From a virus (taxonomy: Duplodnaviria > Caudoviricetes): a stretch of DNA of 61,990 nt. Under the pieces are notes generated by a model. The model was not told the DNA's origin. It searched no databases and worked only from the letters and a program-made list of their open reading frames with translations. Of this stretch, positions 10,401 to 19,190 are shown piece by piece (the first letter of the stretch is position 1; each line of letters opens with the position of its first letter). The stretch is from positions 1-61,990 of IMG/VR virus record IMGVR_UViG_3300004461_001625; one strand, written 5' to 3'. A program made the translations under genes and the position numbers.

Positions 10401-10721
10401 AAAACGAACAGCATTAACTTTATCATTAGCATCTAAGCTTAATAGATTAAGTGCAAGAATAGGTCCTCTTTCAAGAGCTGATAAACAGCTTCTGTGGAAA
10501 AAAGAATCTTTTCTTTCTAAGTTTCTATCTATATCACCGTATACTTGTTTAAAGAAAGAAGTATCGGGAACAAAGACGGGTGTATTGAACGGGCCTGTCT
10601 TAGAAAAACCGACTACCAATCGAGTTTGATTTGCTGGAATACTTACGACTTGACTTTTATCAAATTCAAACCTATATGTTCCTGCAGCCTTAAGAGAAGC
10701 TATTTTTGGATCTAGTGCCAT
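7491..10721 (-). CDS. tail sheath protein (T4 gp18-like) with a large central insertion
   Basis: AGTYRFEFDKS, GPFNTPV, PWSIVAGVRRG, INPI, SALSSINVR, YLFEFNTAQTR, YIEPTRGME. Confidence 0.92.
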   Translation of the reverse strand: MALDPKIASLKAAGTYRFEFDKSQVVSIPANQTRLVVGFSKTGPFNTPVFVPDTSFFKQVYGDIDRNLERKDSFFHRSCLSALERGPILALNLLSLDANDKVNAVRFATAATPETQANIGADYEYAKFYNRDKFWFPSTSDFLTNVGANQTKLSSLTVNDLLDVTNLGQNPISVIVKKSAATNVLPYQVTVEEWYGAANVPGYLNKDSLISDFFVDIFVLQGNFGGDFSTTTPYSRFNADPLFQKYFDPTQGLKRKKFTSDSSDTLLQEFFNETEVTLQATYTACLLPDFVDLLGNNLFVEKVVNADTASTGLFVTVNEDLFDGDTLIDGVPGGIDMIGHNIEYTQATSIQDDVNFLSYSGSIVSDLTYCRKIEPGTLVTNAGNTITVQEGSSFNGVQIQVTGVTGDAIYDAFAGMRANTSSLVGTFILDTVLNKYVPVISHQVIGGTVTVLLSDVGGVQASDFSTLPTAAYTYINEADFDFVVNENASGGAAGIIGSYGSMLQKQFANGTLTDGDEAVYVEGGIQYTSYLVMNSIDYGYIHTGVPTEAVNKIAISDPAYNLPAVKITAYEEDSYSNLTPQSQFTLDGAGLFLQSDGTTYAAANCLAVQTLKGALNLTVNIQGDTLNEPTLKPNEILIADNSPEIADIVVGNYLVHSEGSVTVPHSRLTRINTVVGGLTASEYPILSTLPAGVKGVKVTCQSEISVTAIGGAGGQKTVEVYYPIDSWVDYLNVFLLPGFALDKDKHVPDGTNSRQNKCLSPILGGTNLYKALIDRETINFRYLVDTYGNGIEANCKAIYTNLCMSRKNAFAIVNAPSAKDFKKNTNPSFSDATGGLSSKFISEGGDLALNPTIRFSLPASTSGGSWGGYYYPFLTVRDLGKNISVPPAANVSNNFILKYENALPWSIVAGVRRGVIGGNGVVGLEINLDQDDRYYLEPFGINPIVFQSGTGPTIFANKTAQQVPKSALSSINVREVVIYIQDGIEAILKNYLFEFNTAQTRLEIKTLADNFLATVQNDDGVYDYRNIMDETNNTPEVIDQNVGILDTYIEPTRGMEILVQRTTILRTGAISTGNFQ

Positions 10722-10755
10722 CTTATAATATATTTTTTTTGTTTATTTGTTTTTT

Positions 10756-10764
10756 TATATATCT
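10756..10764 (-). promoter_or_regulatory. putative late promoter AGATATATA
   Basis: Late-class motif upstream of the sheath gene. Confidence 0.55.
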
Positions 10765-10780
10765 ACCAAGTAACTACTTT

Positions 10781-12595
10781 TTATACTAAGTCATAGATAT
10801 CAAAATTTAGATTCCCACCCTTTGAATCTTTTTCTAGAATTTCTTCTATCTTATTTTGAATTGAAGAATCTATCTCATCATATATCTCTTCGACAAAATC
10901 AGAAAAATCTAAAGTGGTAAAGAACTCAGAACTATTTATACAAGTCATAATCAAATCATCATTACCTAACTGGCCTGCATATGATCCGTTTGGAAGTTTG
11001 CCAAAAGTAGAAGACTCTTTTACTGTATCTTTATCAAATATACTAATTTTGTTTTGTGAAATATATTTTTTAAAGTTTTGGCAAAAAATTGGTTTATTGT
11101 CTTTTTTCACCTTAAGGCCAAACTGTTTAGTTTTTGCATCAACCCTATGTTTAAATTTAACTACACTTTCTTCATCAAATTCATTCCTCTGTGGAAATAC
11201 CGTTTCCATTCTTTTTATTAATTCTCCACCAAACATATTCCATTCTATAATTAATTTTACATTTTCTGAATAGAATAAATCAAAGGCTAAGATGTATAGT
11301 GTTTTTGCAAATTCTTCTATAGTATGAGAGTTACTTCTAAATCTTCCAATTTGCCTAATTCCAAAAAAGTCAACAAAACTTCCTGGTGTTGTTACACCTT
11401 TCCAATCTTTTTCATCTAACATCTTAACTTGAAAAATATTAATAACTGAAAAGTCTCCACCTGTACCTTCTGCTATATCAACCGAGAATACCCAATAATT
11501 ATAATCTTCTTCTATTTCATCTAAATTAAAACCAGGTTGCCATAATAAACTAGAATAATCAATCTCAGCATCATCAAATTCTGGTATCTCTTTATGTTCA
11601 AATTCTACTTGGCCTTGTGTTAATTTTTTTAAACTAGCTGCACTTAATAGTAATGAAGAACTTGCTATAAATTGATTTCCGTATTGTCTATTAAATGCTT
11701 CATCACTTCCTAAGTTAGCAACCTCTTGTCTCATCCAAGTATCGTCTCTTCCTGGTACATCCCACCAATCTACTCGGAACGGTACATATTCACTTAATCC
11801 TTTATCAGCTGCTGTATAGATGTCATAAAACTTATTAAAACCATTTGGTGTACTAGTTATTATTACTTTTGAATTACTAGATGCAGATACCGTTGGATAA
11901 ACATTTTCATAAAAAGTATTTACAAAGTTTGCAGGTATATGCGCAAACTCATCCATAAATAATAAATGAATAGTAAAACCGATTGCTGCTTTCTTAGTTG
12001 TGGTCTGGCCTATAATTCTACAACCATTATCAAACTTGGAATTAAATACATCCCATTTAAGAGTACCGGGCTTGATAAAGAACGGTAAGTGTTCTAATAT
12101 AGTTTTACCTTTATCAATAATTTCTCTTGTTGTAGCACCCTTATTTGAAAGTATTAGCGAATTTTTATCAAAATTAAATACAGAATACCATGCAATAAAA
12201 ATAGATGAACATATTGTTTTACCAACTTGCCTACTTGCTAAACATATATTAAATCTTTCAGCTTGAAATTGCCTTAACATATTTTCTTGGTAAGGTCTTA
12301 GTTCAATTGTCTGTAAACCTTCATCTGTCATTACAGTACAATAAGTATTAGCAAAATAAACAATATCTTTTGCACACCTTTTAATTTCTCTTATCTCTTC
12401 ATCAGTATAATTAAATACAATATTACCTTTTCTTAGATTAGGATTCCCTTCATAAAAAGGTGTAGACTTTGGTTTATAACCTTCATCAATAGCCAGCATT
12501 AATTGCTCAACTTTATGACTAGTCCATGCAAAAGACTCAGCACCTTTCGATATCTTAAATTCAAATCCAGCTGATTCTGCTTGTGGTTTAGCCAT
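10781..12595 (-). CDS. terL: terminase large subunit (T4 gp17-like)
   Basis: LRPYQ, Walker A SRQVGKT, Walker B LFMDEFAH, ITSTPNG, nuclease VDIAEGTGGD and DDLIM. Confidence 0.95.
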   Translation of the reverse strand: MAKPQAESAGFEFKISKGAESFAWTSHKVEQLMLAIDEGYKPKSTPFYEGNPNLRKGNIVFNYTDEEIREIKRCAKDIVYFANTYCTVMTDEGLQTIELRPYQENMLRQFQAERFNICLASRQVGKTICSSIFIAWYSVFNFDKNSLILSNKGATTREIIDKGKTILEHLPFFIKPGTLKWDVFNSKFDNGCRIIGQTTTKKAAIGFTIHLLFMDEFAHIPANFVNTFYENVYPTVSASSNSKVIITSTPNGFNKFYDIYTAADKGLSEYVPFRVDWWDVPGRDDTWMRQEVANLGSDEAFNRQYGNQFIASSSLLLSAASLKKLTQGQVEFEHKEIPEFDDAEIDYSSLLWQPGFNLDEIEEDYNYWVFSVDIAEGTGGDFSVINIFQVKMLDEKDWKGVTTPGSFVDFFGIRQIGRFRSNSHTIEEFAKTLYILAFDLFYSENVKLIIEWNMFGGELIKRMETVFPQRNEFDEESVVKFKHRVDAKTKQFGLKVKKDNKPIFCQNFKKYISQNKISIFDKDTVKESSTFGKLPNGSYAGQLGNDDLIMTCINSSEFFTTLDFSDFVEEIYDEIDSSIQNKIEEILEKDSKGGNLNFDIYDLV

Positions 12596-12851
12596 TATCT
12601 TCTATTACAGCAATTATTTGATTAATGTGTATTACTTCAAATTCTGTATCATTTAAAGTTACCATTGTACCTTTGCCCATATTTTTTAATATAACATCAC
12701 CAGATTTTAAATGCTTTACATTACCAGCATTAATAATCTTTGCTTTGCGATTATATTTTTCTACAGGTATAATAATACCTGAATCTGTTTTAGTTTCTTG
12801 TTGTTCGATTTCCTGAATTAACAAGTAATCATTTTTCATTTTCATTTCCAT
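12588..12851 (-). CDS. groES: GroES-like co-chaperonin
   Basis: DYLLI..ETKTDSGIIIP mobile loop, LKSGDVI, C-terminal QIIAVIE; true start may be 12845 or 12839. Confidence 0.8.
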   Translation of the reverse strand: MEMKMKNDYLLIQEIEQQETKTDSGIIIPVEKYNRKAKIINAGNVKHLKSGDVILKNMGKGTMVTLNDTEFEVIHINQIIAVIEDNG

Positions 12852-13437
12852 CGACGTCTTCTATATCTTCTTCTTTAATAGTATCTTGTAAAGCTCTCAT
12901 TAAATCTTTAGTTCCTCTAGATTTAATACCACTTTGTTTATTGGAAGTTGAACTTTCATTACTATGATAAACATCCACATCACGGGATATCTTTTTAGCA
13001 TTCTCTTCGATAGCTACCATATACATAGTTTGGCTTTTAATAATATCTAAAAGAGTTCTTTGTAAATCACTAAGTACTTCAAACATTCTAGGGGATACAT
13101 CACCTTCATGTATTGTTTCCATTAATAATGTAATAGCAGTTTCACTATTTTGCATTTGTCTTATTAACATGGATAATGCAGATTCATCTAATTGAGCCTT
13201 TGCTCTAATGTATTCATGCTCTGCAATAATTTCTTCACTTAAATAAAAAGTTAATAAACTATTCATTACCTTTTCAGCCTTTGTCTTAGCTTTAACTAAA
13301 GCAGCACCTTGCCCACTGTCTACTCTTACTGGTTGTAGTTCTTCAGAATTATTTTCTAAACCTTCTACCTCATCTGGTAGATCATTTAATAAATCTCCTA
13401 AACTATCACGAAATTTACCTTTCGATGATTCTTTCAT
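12829..13437 (-). CDS. probable terminase small subunit
   Basis: Helical protein with SPRMFEVLSDL and GTKDLMRAL motifs like gp16 of environmental T4-like phages; upstream of terL. Confidence 0.55.
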   Translation of the reverse strand: MKESSKGKFRDSLGDLLNDLPDEVEGLENNSEELQPVRVDSGQGAALVKAKTKAEKVMNSLLTFYLSEEIIAEHEYIRAKAQLDESALSMLIRQMQNSETAITLLMETIHEGDVSPRMFEVLSDLQRTLLDIIKSQTMYMVAIEENAKKISRDVDVYHSNESSTSNKQSGIKSRGTKDLMRALQDTIKEEDIEDVDGNENEK

Positions 13438-13468
13438 TATACCTTAAATTTATAATATATATTCCAAG

Positions 13469-15442
13469 TTATCTTGGGTTAGTAACTGTTGGTAACATTA
13501 ATTCTGGTGAAGCATTATCTAAAAGTAAAGCTAAATGAGAATCCTTTACTACATACTGACTTAATATTAATTCTTGTAATTCTTCCTCTATTGGTTCACT
13601 CCATATTCTTATATTAGTTAAATCTTGCTCAGATCCTAATAATTTCCAAGAGTAATCATTTATTACTGCAATAGTTGGTACTGTTTGTGTATTTGTATAA
13701 ATATTTGTTAAGTCAGCTGTTCTAGTTGGATTTAATGCTGCTGTATCCTCAACAGTATTATAGATAAACAATGATAATTGCTTAGCAAGATTATTTAAGT
13801 TAATAACTGCTCCATACCATTTTCCTTTTTTAAGGTTTAAGAATTTTTTGGACAAGTCATATCTATAATAATCATTTCCAAATTTAATTATAAACCAATT
13901 AGTAGTGTAAGTAATGTTTACTAAGATATTATTAGGATTTTGGTCAGTGTCATACTGAATTACAGTATTACTTACTTCTTTGTTTAATTTAGCTGTATTA
14001 GAAATAGAATTATCAATGTAAGAAATATCTAAAGTTATTGTATTAGTTGCAATATCCACAGATTTAACTGGCTGTATTCCATTATATGAAGTAGTGCCTC
14101 TTATAACTACCCAGTCACCTGGTTTTATTTCATTATCTAAAGGTAGCCCTGGTGTAGTTATCATAGGATTACCAGCATTATTACTTATCTGTGTTATTAA
14201 TACATTCTTTCCTATTGGTTTATTATATTGTGGCCTAAACCAAAATGTAAATGCTCTATTTTCAGTTTCAGACCATCCATTCTTATATCTGTATTTAACA
14301 GCTAAAGTATCTTTAATTAAAGTTTGTAATGCATAATGATATTTAGAAACAATAGTCCACTGATTATAAACATTTTCCTCAGAGATGGTCATTTTTTTAT
14401 TTAAAGCCCTTCTTACATAATCATTTGATTGGCTACCTATAGTATTATACTCATTAGGCTTCCTAACATCTTTAAATTCATTTTCTCTCTCAACCCTAAA
14501 CTTTTCTTCTACATTAGAAACTAATGCTTCAGTAGATGCTTCTGCTGCATCACCTTCAACAGTATTTTCAAAACCTACATTTGTTCTTTGTTGATAAGTA
14601 ACAAGACTTACTCTCCAATAAGATCCAGTATACATAAAATCATCAGCTTCTGCGATTGCATCAACTTCATACATCCTATTCATAAATTGTTTAAAATATA
14701 AATAGTCCCTCATTTGAGGTTTAGAACCAATACCAAAGACTGCTTCAAATGCTGATTTAACAATATGAATTTCAAACTGAACTGGAAAATCCATCATTAA
14801 TGGATTAAAATTTATATCTCTAGTAGGTAATTCGTTATCAGGAACCATGATTTTAATTTCACCTTCCTTTATAACATCAAATAATGAATACTCTTTTAAG
14901 ATAACATCTCTACTTCTTTGGTCTGCTTTAGTCTTATAATAATCTACACAAAAACCAAATAAATTACTGGCCATTGCAGATAACTGAGTATACATTTGAC
15001 CAGCTCTTGATATATCATAAGGATTCCAAGTATCTCCACAACAATCAAATGCTAAGTTTAATGCACCACTACAACCATCAACACCGCCACAATCAATTTG
15101 GGGTATTTTACATATTACTCCACCATCCGTTACAATTTCTAAAGCAATAGAATTAAAAGTTAGAGTACAATCACCAACTTGTGTATATCTATATTGAATC
15201 CAAAATTTATTGGCAGGATTTAAAACTAATGCTTGTAAATTAACATCTGTAAGTTGAACCCAATCAGAATAAGTCACACCATCAATCCCCCACCTAAAAT
15301 CTTTGTTATAATAACAAGAGGTGGAATCACCAGTAATAGAGTCAGTAAATCCTGCAATTTCTACTACATTTTCATACGGTGTCTTAAGACTAATTAATAG
15401 CTGATCGCCATTAGCATCTGTACTTGATCCAGTTACTGCCAT
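13469..15442 (-). CDS. virion structural protein, probably neck (gp14-like) with extra beta-rich domains
   Basis: NLFGFCVDYYK..DVILKEY, PQMRDYLYF..NRMYEV resemble gp14; C-terminus is LamG-like (FTFWFRP, GKWYGAVI, NIRIWS). Confidence 0.5.
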   Translation of the reverse strand: MAVTGSSTDANGDQLLISLKTPYENVVEIAGFTDSITGDSTSCYYNKDFRWGIDGVTYSDWVQLTDVNLQALVLNPANKFWIQYRYTQVGDCTLTFNSIALEIVTDGGVICKIPQIDCGGVDGCSGALNLAFDCCGDTWNPYDISRAGQMYTQLSAMASNLFGFCVDYYKTKADQRSRDVILKEYSLFDVIKEGEIKIMVPDNELPTRDINFNPLMMDFPVQFEIHIVKSAFEAVFGIGSKPQMRDYLYFKQFMNRMYEVDAIAEADDFMYTGSYWRVSLVTYQQRTNVGFENTVEGDAAEASTEALVSNVEEKFRVERENEFKDVRKPNEYNTIGSQSNDYVRRALNKKMTISEENVYNQWTIVSKYHYALQTLIKDTLAVKYRYKNGWSETENRAFTFWFRPQYNKPIGKNVLITQISNNAGNPMITTPGLPLDNEIKPGDWVVIRGTTSYNGIQPVKSVDIATNTITLDISYIDNSISNTAKLNKEVSNTVIQYDTDQNPNNILVNITYTTNWFIIKFGNDYYRYDLSKKFLNLKKGKWYGAVINLNNLAKQLSLFIYNTVEDTAALNPTRTADLTNIYTNTQTVPTIAVINDYSWKLLGSEQDLTNIRIWSEPIEEELQELILSQYVVKDSHLALLLDNASPELMLPTVTNPR

Positions 15443-15443
15443 T

Positions 15444-15710
15444 TTATGAATTTATTTGTTGGTCTTCTCCAATAGGTTTTTTCTTTCCAAAAATCTTATC
15501 AGCCGAAGCAAGACCTAAACCACCAATACATATTGCTGCTACCGCATTAACAAGGGTAGGCTCTACTGGTGTTTCAGTGTAAAGATTAATGAATAGTGCC
15601 GCACATAAAGATAAACCTGCAACAATACCAATAAATCTTTTTGAAGATGGAGTACCTTTTTCATCTCGTAAAAGGCCGCTTATCCAATTAATAATCTTTT
15701 TCATATACAA
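15444..15710 (-). CDS. small two-TM membrane protein (holin-like)
   Basis: Two hydrophobic segments after DEKGTPSSKR, basic C-terminus, late-class motif at 15723..15731. Confidence 0.5.
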   Translation of the reverse strand: MYMKKIINWISGLLRDEKGTPSSKRFIGIVAGLSLCAALFINLYTETPVEPTLVNAVAAICIGGLGLASADKIFGKKKPIGEDQQINS

Positions 15711-15736
15711 ACATATTTTGTTTATATATTCATGTT

Positions 15737-16405
15737 CTAATACGGTGTATAGTCAGTCTTAACTAAAAGTATTGGATCATCTTCTTCTATTTTAGGATCA
15801 ACTGAAGTTATAATATCAAAAGCATCAAAAACCTGTGCTTCATCCATTTCCGAAAGTATATCAAATAAAACTGTAGCTTTAATATAAAAATAAGGAGTTC
15901 TTTCAAGATACTTATTTTTCATAATTCCTACATCCATAAATCTTTTGTTAAAAGTATCTAATTGCACCCTATCTAATATTTGTGTAAGATCAAATGTACC
16001 TTCTATAATATTAAAATGAAAACTTACTATTTCTCTACCACCATCAACTTTAACCAACCTAGAAAATATTTTTTCATCTGATATTTTAAAGGTGATTTTA
16101 TTAAGGTTAGCCAATCTATTGATAATAGATTGTAAAAAGAAAATAGAATTTGGTTTAAAGTTAGGATTAGGTAATAAATCCTGATCTAAAGTTTTCTTTA
16201 ATTCAGCTCTTAAAAAGGCAGAGGTTTGGATTGCATGTTGGAATTCCTCTAAAGATACAATGAATTCATTTTTCTTTTTAGATTCATTTCTGCATTCTTT
16301 CTTTACTTTAGATATAATAAGATTATCAATGTAATCATTCTTATATAAAGTAAAGGCAATGTGGGTTGGAATTTCTAATTCAAATCTATTATCAACTAAC
16401 ATCAT
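15737..16405 (-). CDS. hypothetical protein
   Basis: 222-aa ORF overlapping the upstream gene; no family recognised. Confidence 0.7.
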   Translation of the reverse strand: MMLVDNRFELEIPTHIAFTLYKNDYIDNLIISKVKKECRNESKKKNEFIVSLEEFQHAIQTSAFLRAELKKTLDQDLLPNPNFKPNSIFFLQSIINRLANLNKITFKISDEKIFSRLVKVDGGREIVSFHFNIIEGTFDLTQILDRVQLDTFNKRFMDVGIMKNKYLERTPYFYIKATVLFDILSEMDEAQVFDAFDIITSVDPKIEEDDPILLVKTDYTPY

Positions 16406-16802
16406 TACTCATCTGTTTTTCTAATACGTTTATTGCATTTTTAATTTCAGATGGCATGTGTTTCATTGCTTCTTTATAATCACGTTCACCTATTTCATTA
16501 ATCTTTAAATACATTTCTAAAGCTGCTGGGTTAGGTTCCCATTTTTTTACTTTTTTAGATGCTTTGGTTTTTGTATAGATAAAACCAGGTACTCTATTAA
16601 ATTTTGATGCAACCATTCTCCATGCTTCAGCTTGACCTACTGGATCAATCTTCAGTGCGTTAAACATATTTGCTTGTATAGGAAATTTAATACTCATAAA
16701 TCTGTTTGTCATAAATGAATTTTTAGATTTATCATATCCTTTTAATTTATTCCATTGCTGGTCTCGACCAAACAAAACCTTTATGTAATCAAATAGCTTC
16801 AT
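16392..16802 (-). CDS. probable clamp loader small subunit (T4 gp62-like)
   Basis: MKLFDYIK, FMTNRFMS, basic stretch then ALEMYLKINE pattern; near the gp44 gene. Confidence 0.55.
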   Translation of the reverse strand: MKLFDYIKVLFGRDQQWNKLKGYDKSKNSFMTNRFMSIKFPIQANMFNALKIDPVGQAEAWRMVASKFNRVPGFIYTKTKASKKVKKWEPNPAALEMYLKINEIGERDYKEAMKHMPSEIKNAINVLEKQMSNDVS

Positions 16803-16840
16803 TACCTTTTATTATTTATATGATGAGTTAGTGTGTTTGT

Positions 16841-17767
16841 TTATAATTTATCCCAAGTTCGTGAATTAATTTTATCATTAGGACTTTTAGAAATTTCTAT
16901 TTGTTTCTTTAATTGATAAACGCTACCTTCACTTAAGCTTTTTGGATTTTTTTCATATTCTTTAATACGCTCACTCATTATTTCTTCTGTGCAGTATCTT
17001 ATTCCCCATGTCCATTCACCAATATGCTCTATGAAATTTTCCTTGTTTTTATTATAAAAAGAAATACACCAATCATCCACAAGATAATTTAATTTTTTAT
17101 GAAAAGCTTTATACGCAGATAATACAATAAAGATAACACCTTCACAATATACATGTTTATTTAGTTCTAGTAAATTTATATCTTTTAACAATGGTAATTT
17201 ATTTTCTTTCCACATATTAATTGCATCCAATAATGGTTTAGTTTTTGTTAATGAAAAAGATGCATCAAATGTTCCTTTTTTAAAATGATTAGAATTAAAA
17301 GTATAAAAATCATTCCACCTTTTCATTGGTGTTTTATTTACACTAACTTCATTTGCTTCTTGTGGCCAATACCAATTCATTTGATACGCTAAAGCTACTT
17401 GAATACATTCTTTATCATAATAAGTATATTCAATTAAATCATCTATGTTTATAGGAGCATTAATAATAAGATCATCTTCCTGGTGCCAAATAAAATCATA
17501 ATCTTTTTTTAAGTTAGTTAAAATACTATAACTTTCTTCCCATGTATAAGTTATTCCTTTATTTTCTTTATGTAAAATAACGTGATTGTAGCCATGTGAT
17601 TCTGCTAGTGATCTTATTAAATCATCATCTCTATCTGTGGGCATATCATCTATAAATATCCCATCAACTTCATGATTACCCCAATTTATAAATTTAGAAG
17701 ATGATTCTAAGGTAGGAATTAAATATTCTAGTCTATTAGTAGACCATATAATCTTACATATTTTCAT
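16841..17767 (-). CDS. GT-A fold glycosyltransferase-like protein
   Basis: STNRLEYL, IFIDD, HKENKG, WHQEDD (DxD-like), IEHIG. Confidence 0.7.
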   Translation of the reverse strand: MKICKIIWSTNRLEYLIPTLESSSKFINWGNHEVDGIFIDDMPTDRDDDLIRSLAESHGYNHVILHKENKGITYTWEESYSILTNLKKDYDFIWHQEDDLIINAPINIDDLIEYTYYDKECIQVALAYQMNWYWPQEANEVSVNKTPMKRWNDFYTFNSNHFKKGTFDASFSLTKTKPLLDAINMWKENKLPLLKDINLLELNKHVYCEGVIFIVLSAYKAFHKKLNYLVDDWCISFYNKNKENFIEHIGEWTWGIRYCTEEIMSERIKEYEKNPKSLSEGSVYQLKKQIEISKSPNDKINSRTWDKL

Positions 17768-19003
17768 TTAAAATATTTTTCCTTTTGTTGTTTTATTTGT
17801 AATAAATGACATATCAGATGAATCATCTGAATCACCTTTAAAGAAACTTGCCTTAAATGCAGAATTATCATCACCATCATGTTTAGTTCCTTCTACTATT
17901 TTTTTCATAGTAGAAACATTAGGCAGTACTAATTCATTAATATTTATTTGAGACTCAACGGATTGAAACATTTCATCTAAAATACCTTCTGGGATAGTAT
18001 GAGAACTAAGAACCATAAGATTAACGTTGGATTTTAGGTTAGATATAATCTGCTCTCTACTCATATGTTTAGCTTTCATATGCCTAATAAGTATATTAGC
18101 TAAATCAGTAATATAACCTTCATCATATAGATACATATGTGATAGGGAACCATGTTTATCTTTAAATTCCTGAATAATAGCACCTGCCTTAGCTTCGCTA
18201 ATACCATACCTCCTAGGATTACCATTTTTAGGAGTTGATATATGCCAATATGCAGGTGGTACATTATCACCAGAGTCACCGGTTAGAACCTTTCGGAAAC
18301 GGAAATCTTCAGGGTCTACTTCTACAACTGAAACTTTCTTTTTAGAAATAATAGATGAAAGTAGTTTTTTAGATTGTGACTCTGGTGATGATGAAGTTTT
18401 TAGTACGTCAAACAAATCTGTAGAAGTTTCTTTTTCTTCAGTTGTTAGCCATTCAGAAAAACCTTGATAAGTATATAATTTTTTATGAGCAGGTGAAAAT
18501 AATATAGTATGAGTATTGTTATTTTTGCTCCTATTTACTAATTGAACTAAATCTTTATCCCCAGTAAACATAATAACAGATTTGTCATTAGCTAATGATT
18601 CAGTATTCCAGGCATACATTAAATCATCACCTTCTGCTCCATTTACTTTAGAATAGATAACTCCTTGTTTAATTAATAGCTGTGTAAATTCTTCTGTAAC
18701 TTTTGAAAAGTTTGCCCAGTTAATTGAACTGTCTTGTTTACGATTACCTTTATATTCTGCTTCTGGATAAAAATCCTTTCTCCATGATCTTGAATCAATG
18801 GTCCATACAACTTTGTCAATAAGACCTTCGAATAATCTAATTTGATATGCAAAATCTGTTGCAAGCTTTCTCATAAAGACAGTTGCATCTTCATCAGTAG
18901 CAAGCATTTCTGTCTTTTTTGATTTTCTAGGTAAAACATATAATGTTCTAAAAAGAAAATAATTACCGTCTATTACAAACGTATGCCTTCCTGTTTTTCT
19001 CAT
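17768..19003 (-). CDS. rnh: 5'-3' exonuclease/flap nuclease (T4 RNase H-like)
   Basis: VIDGNY, SWRKDFYPEAEYKGNR, AEGDD, TGDKDLVQL, LTGDSGDNVP. Confidence 0.9.
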   Translation of the reverse strand: MRKTGRHTFVIDGNYFLFRTLYVLPRKSKKTEMLATDEDATVFMRKLATDFAYQIRLFEGLIDKVVWTIDSRSWRKDFYPEAEYKGNRKQDSSINWANFSKVTEEFTQLLIKQGVIYSKVNGAEGDDLMYAWNTESLANDKSVIMFTGDKDLVQLVNRSKNNNTHTILFSPAHKKLYTYQGFSEWLTTEEKETSTDLFDVLKTSSSPESQSKKLLSSIISKKKVSVVEVDPEDFRFRKVLTGDSGDNVPPAYWHISTPKNGNPRRYGISEAKAGAIIQEFKDKHGSLSHMYLYDEGYITDLANILIRHMKAKHMSREQIISNLKSNVNLMVLSSHTIPEGILDEMFQSVESQININELVLPNVSTMKKIVEGTKHDGDDNSAFKASFFKGDSDDSSDMSFITNKTTKGKIF

Positions 19004-19017
19004 ATTATTGTATTTAA

Positions 19018-19051
19018 TATAATTATAACAAATTTTAATTAAAACTGAAAG
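19018..19051 (-). promoter_or_regulatory. putative promoter, class 3 (CTTTCAG-N12-TTTGTTATAATTATA)
   Basis: Same two boxes and spacing as 748..781. Confidence 0.6.
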
Positions 19052-19190
19052 TAGAATTTAAAACAATTTCCTCGCATTCTTCTTTAGTTAATTTTGTTTG
19101 TCTTAAGTCATAATATCTTTTAACTGCTGCTCCTAATTGATAATGATTAGGATATTTCTTTACTAGTTTTTCTAAAAATGGTGCTCTCAT
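19035..19190 (-). CDS. small hypothetical protein (51 aa, not in the ORF track)
   Basis: MRAPFLEKLVKKYPNHYQLGAAVKRYYDLRQTKLTKEECEEIVLNSTFSFN; its ATG overlaps the clamp loader stop as ATGA. Confidence 0.65.
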   Translation of the reverse strand: MRAPFLEKLVKKYPNHYQLGAAVKRYYDLRQTKLTKEECEEIVLNSTFSFN

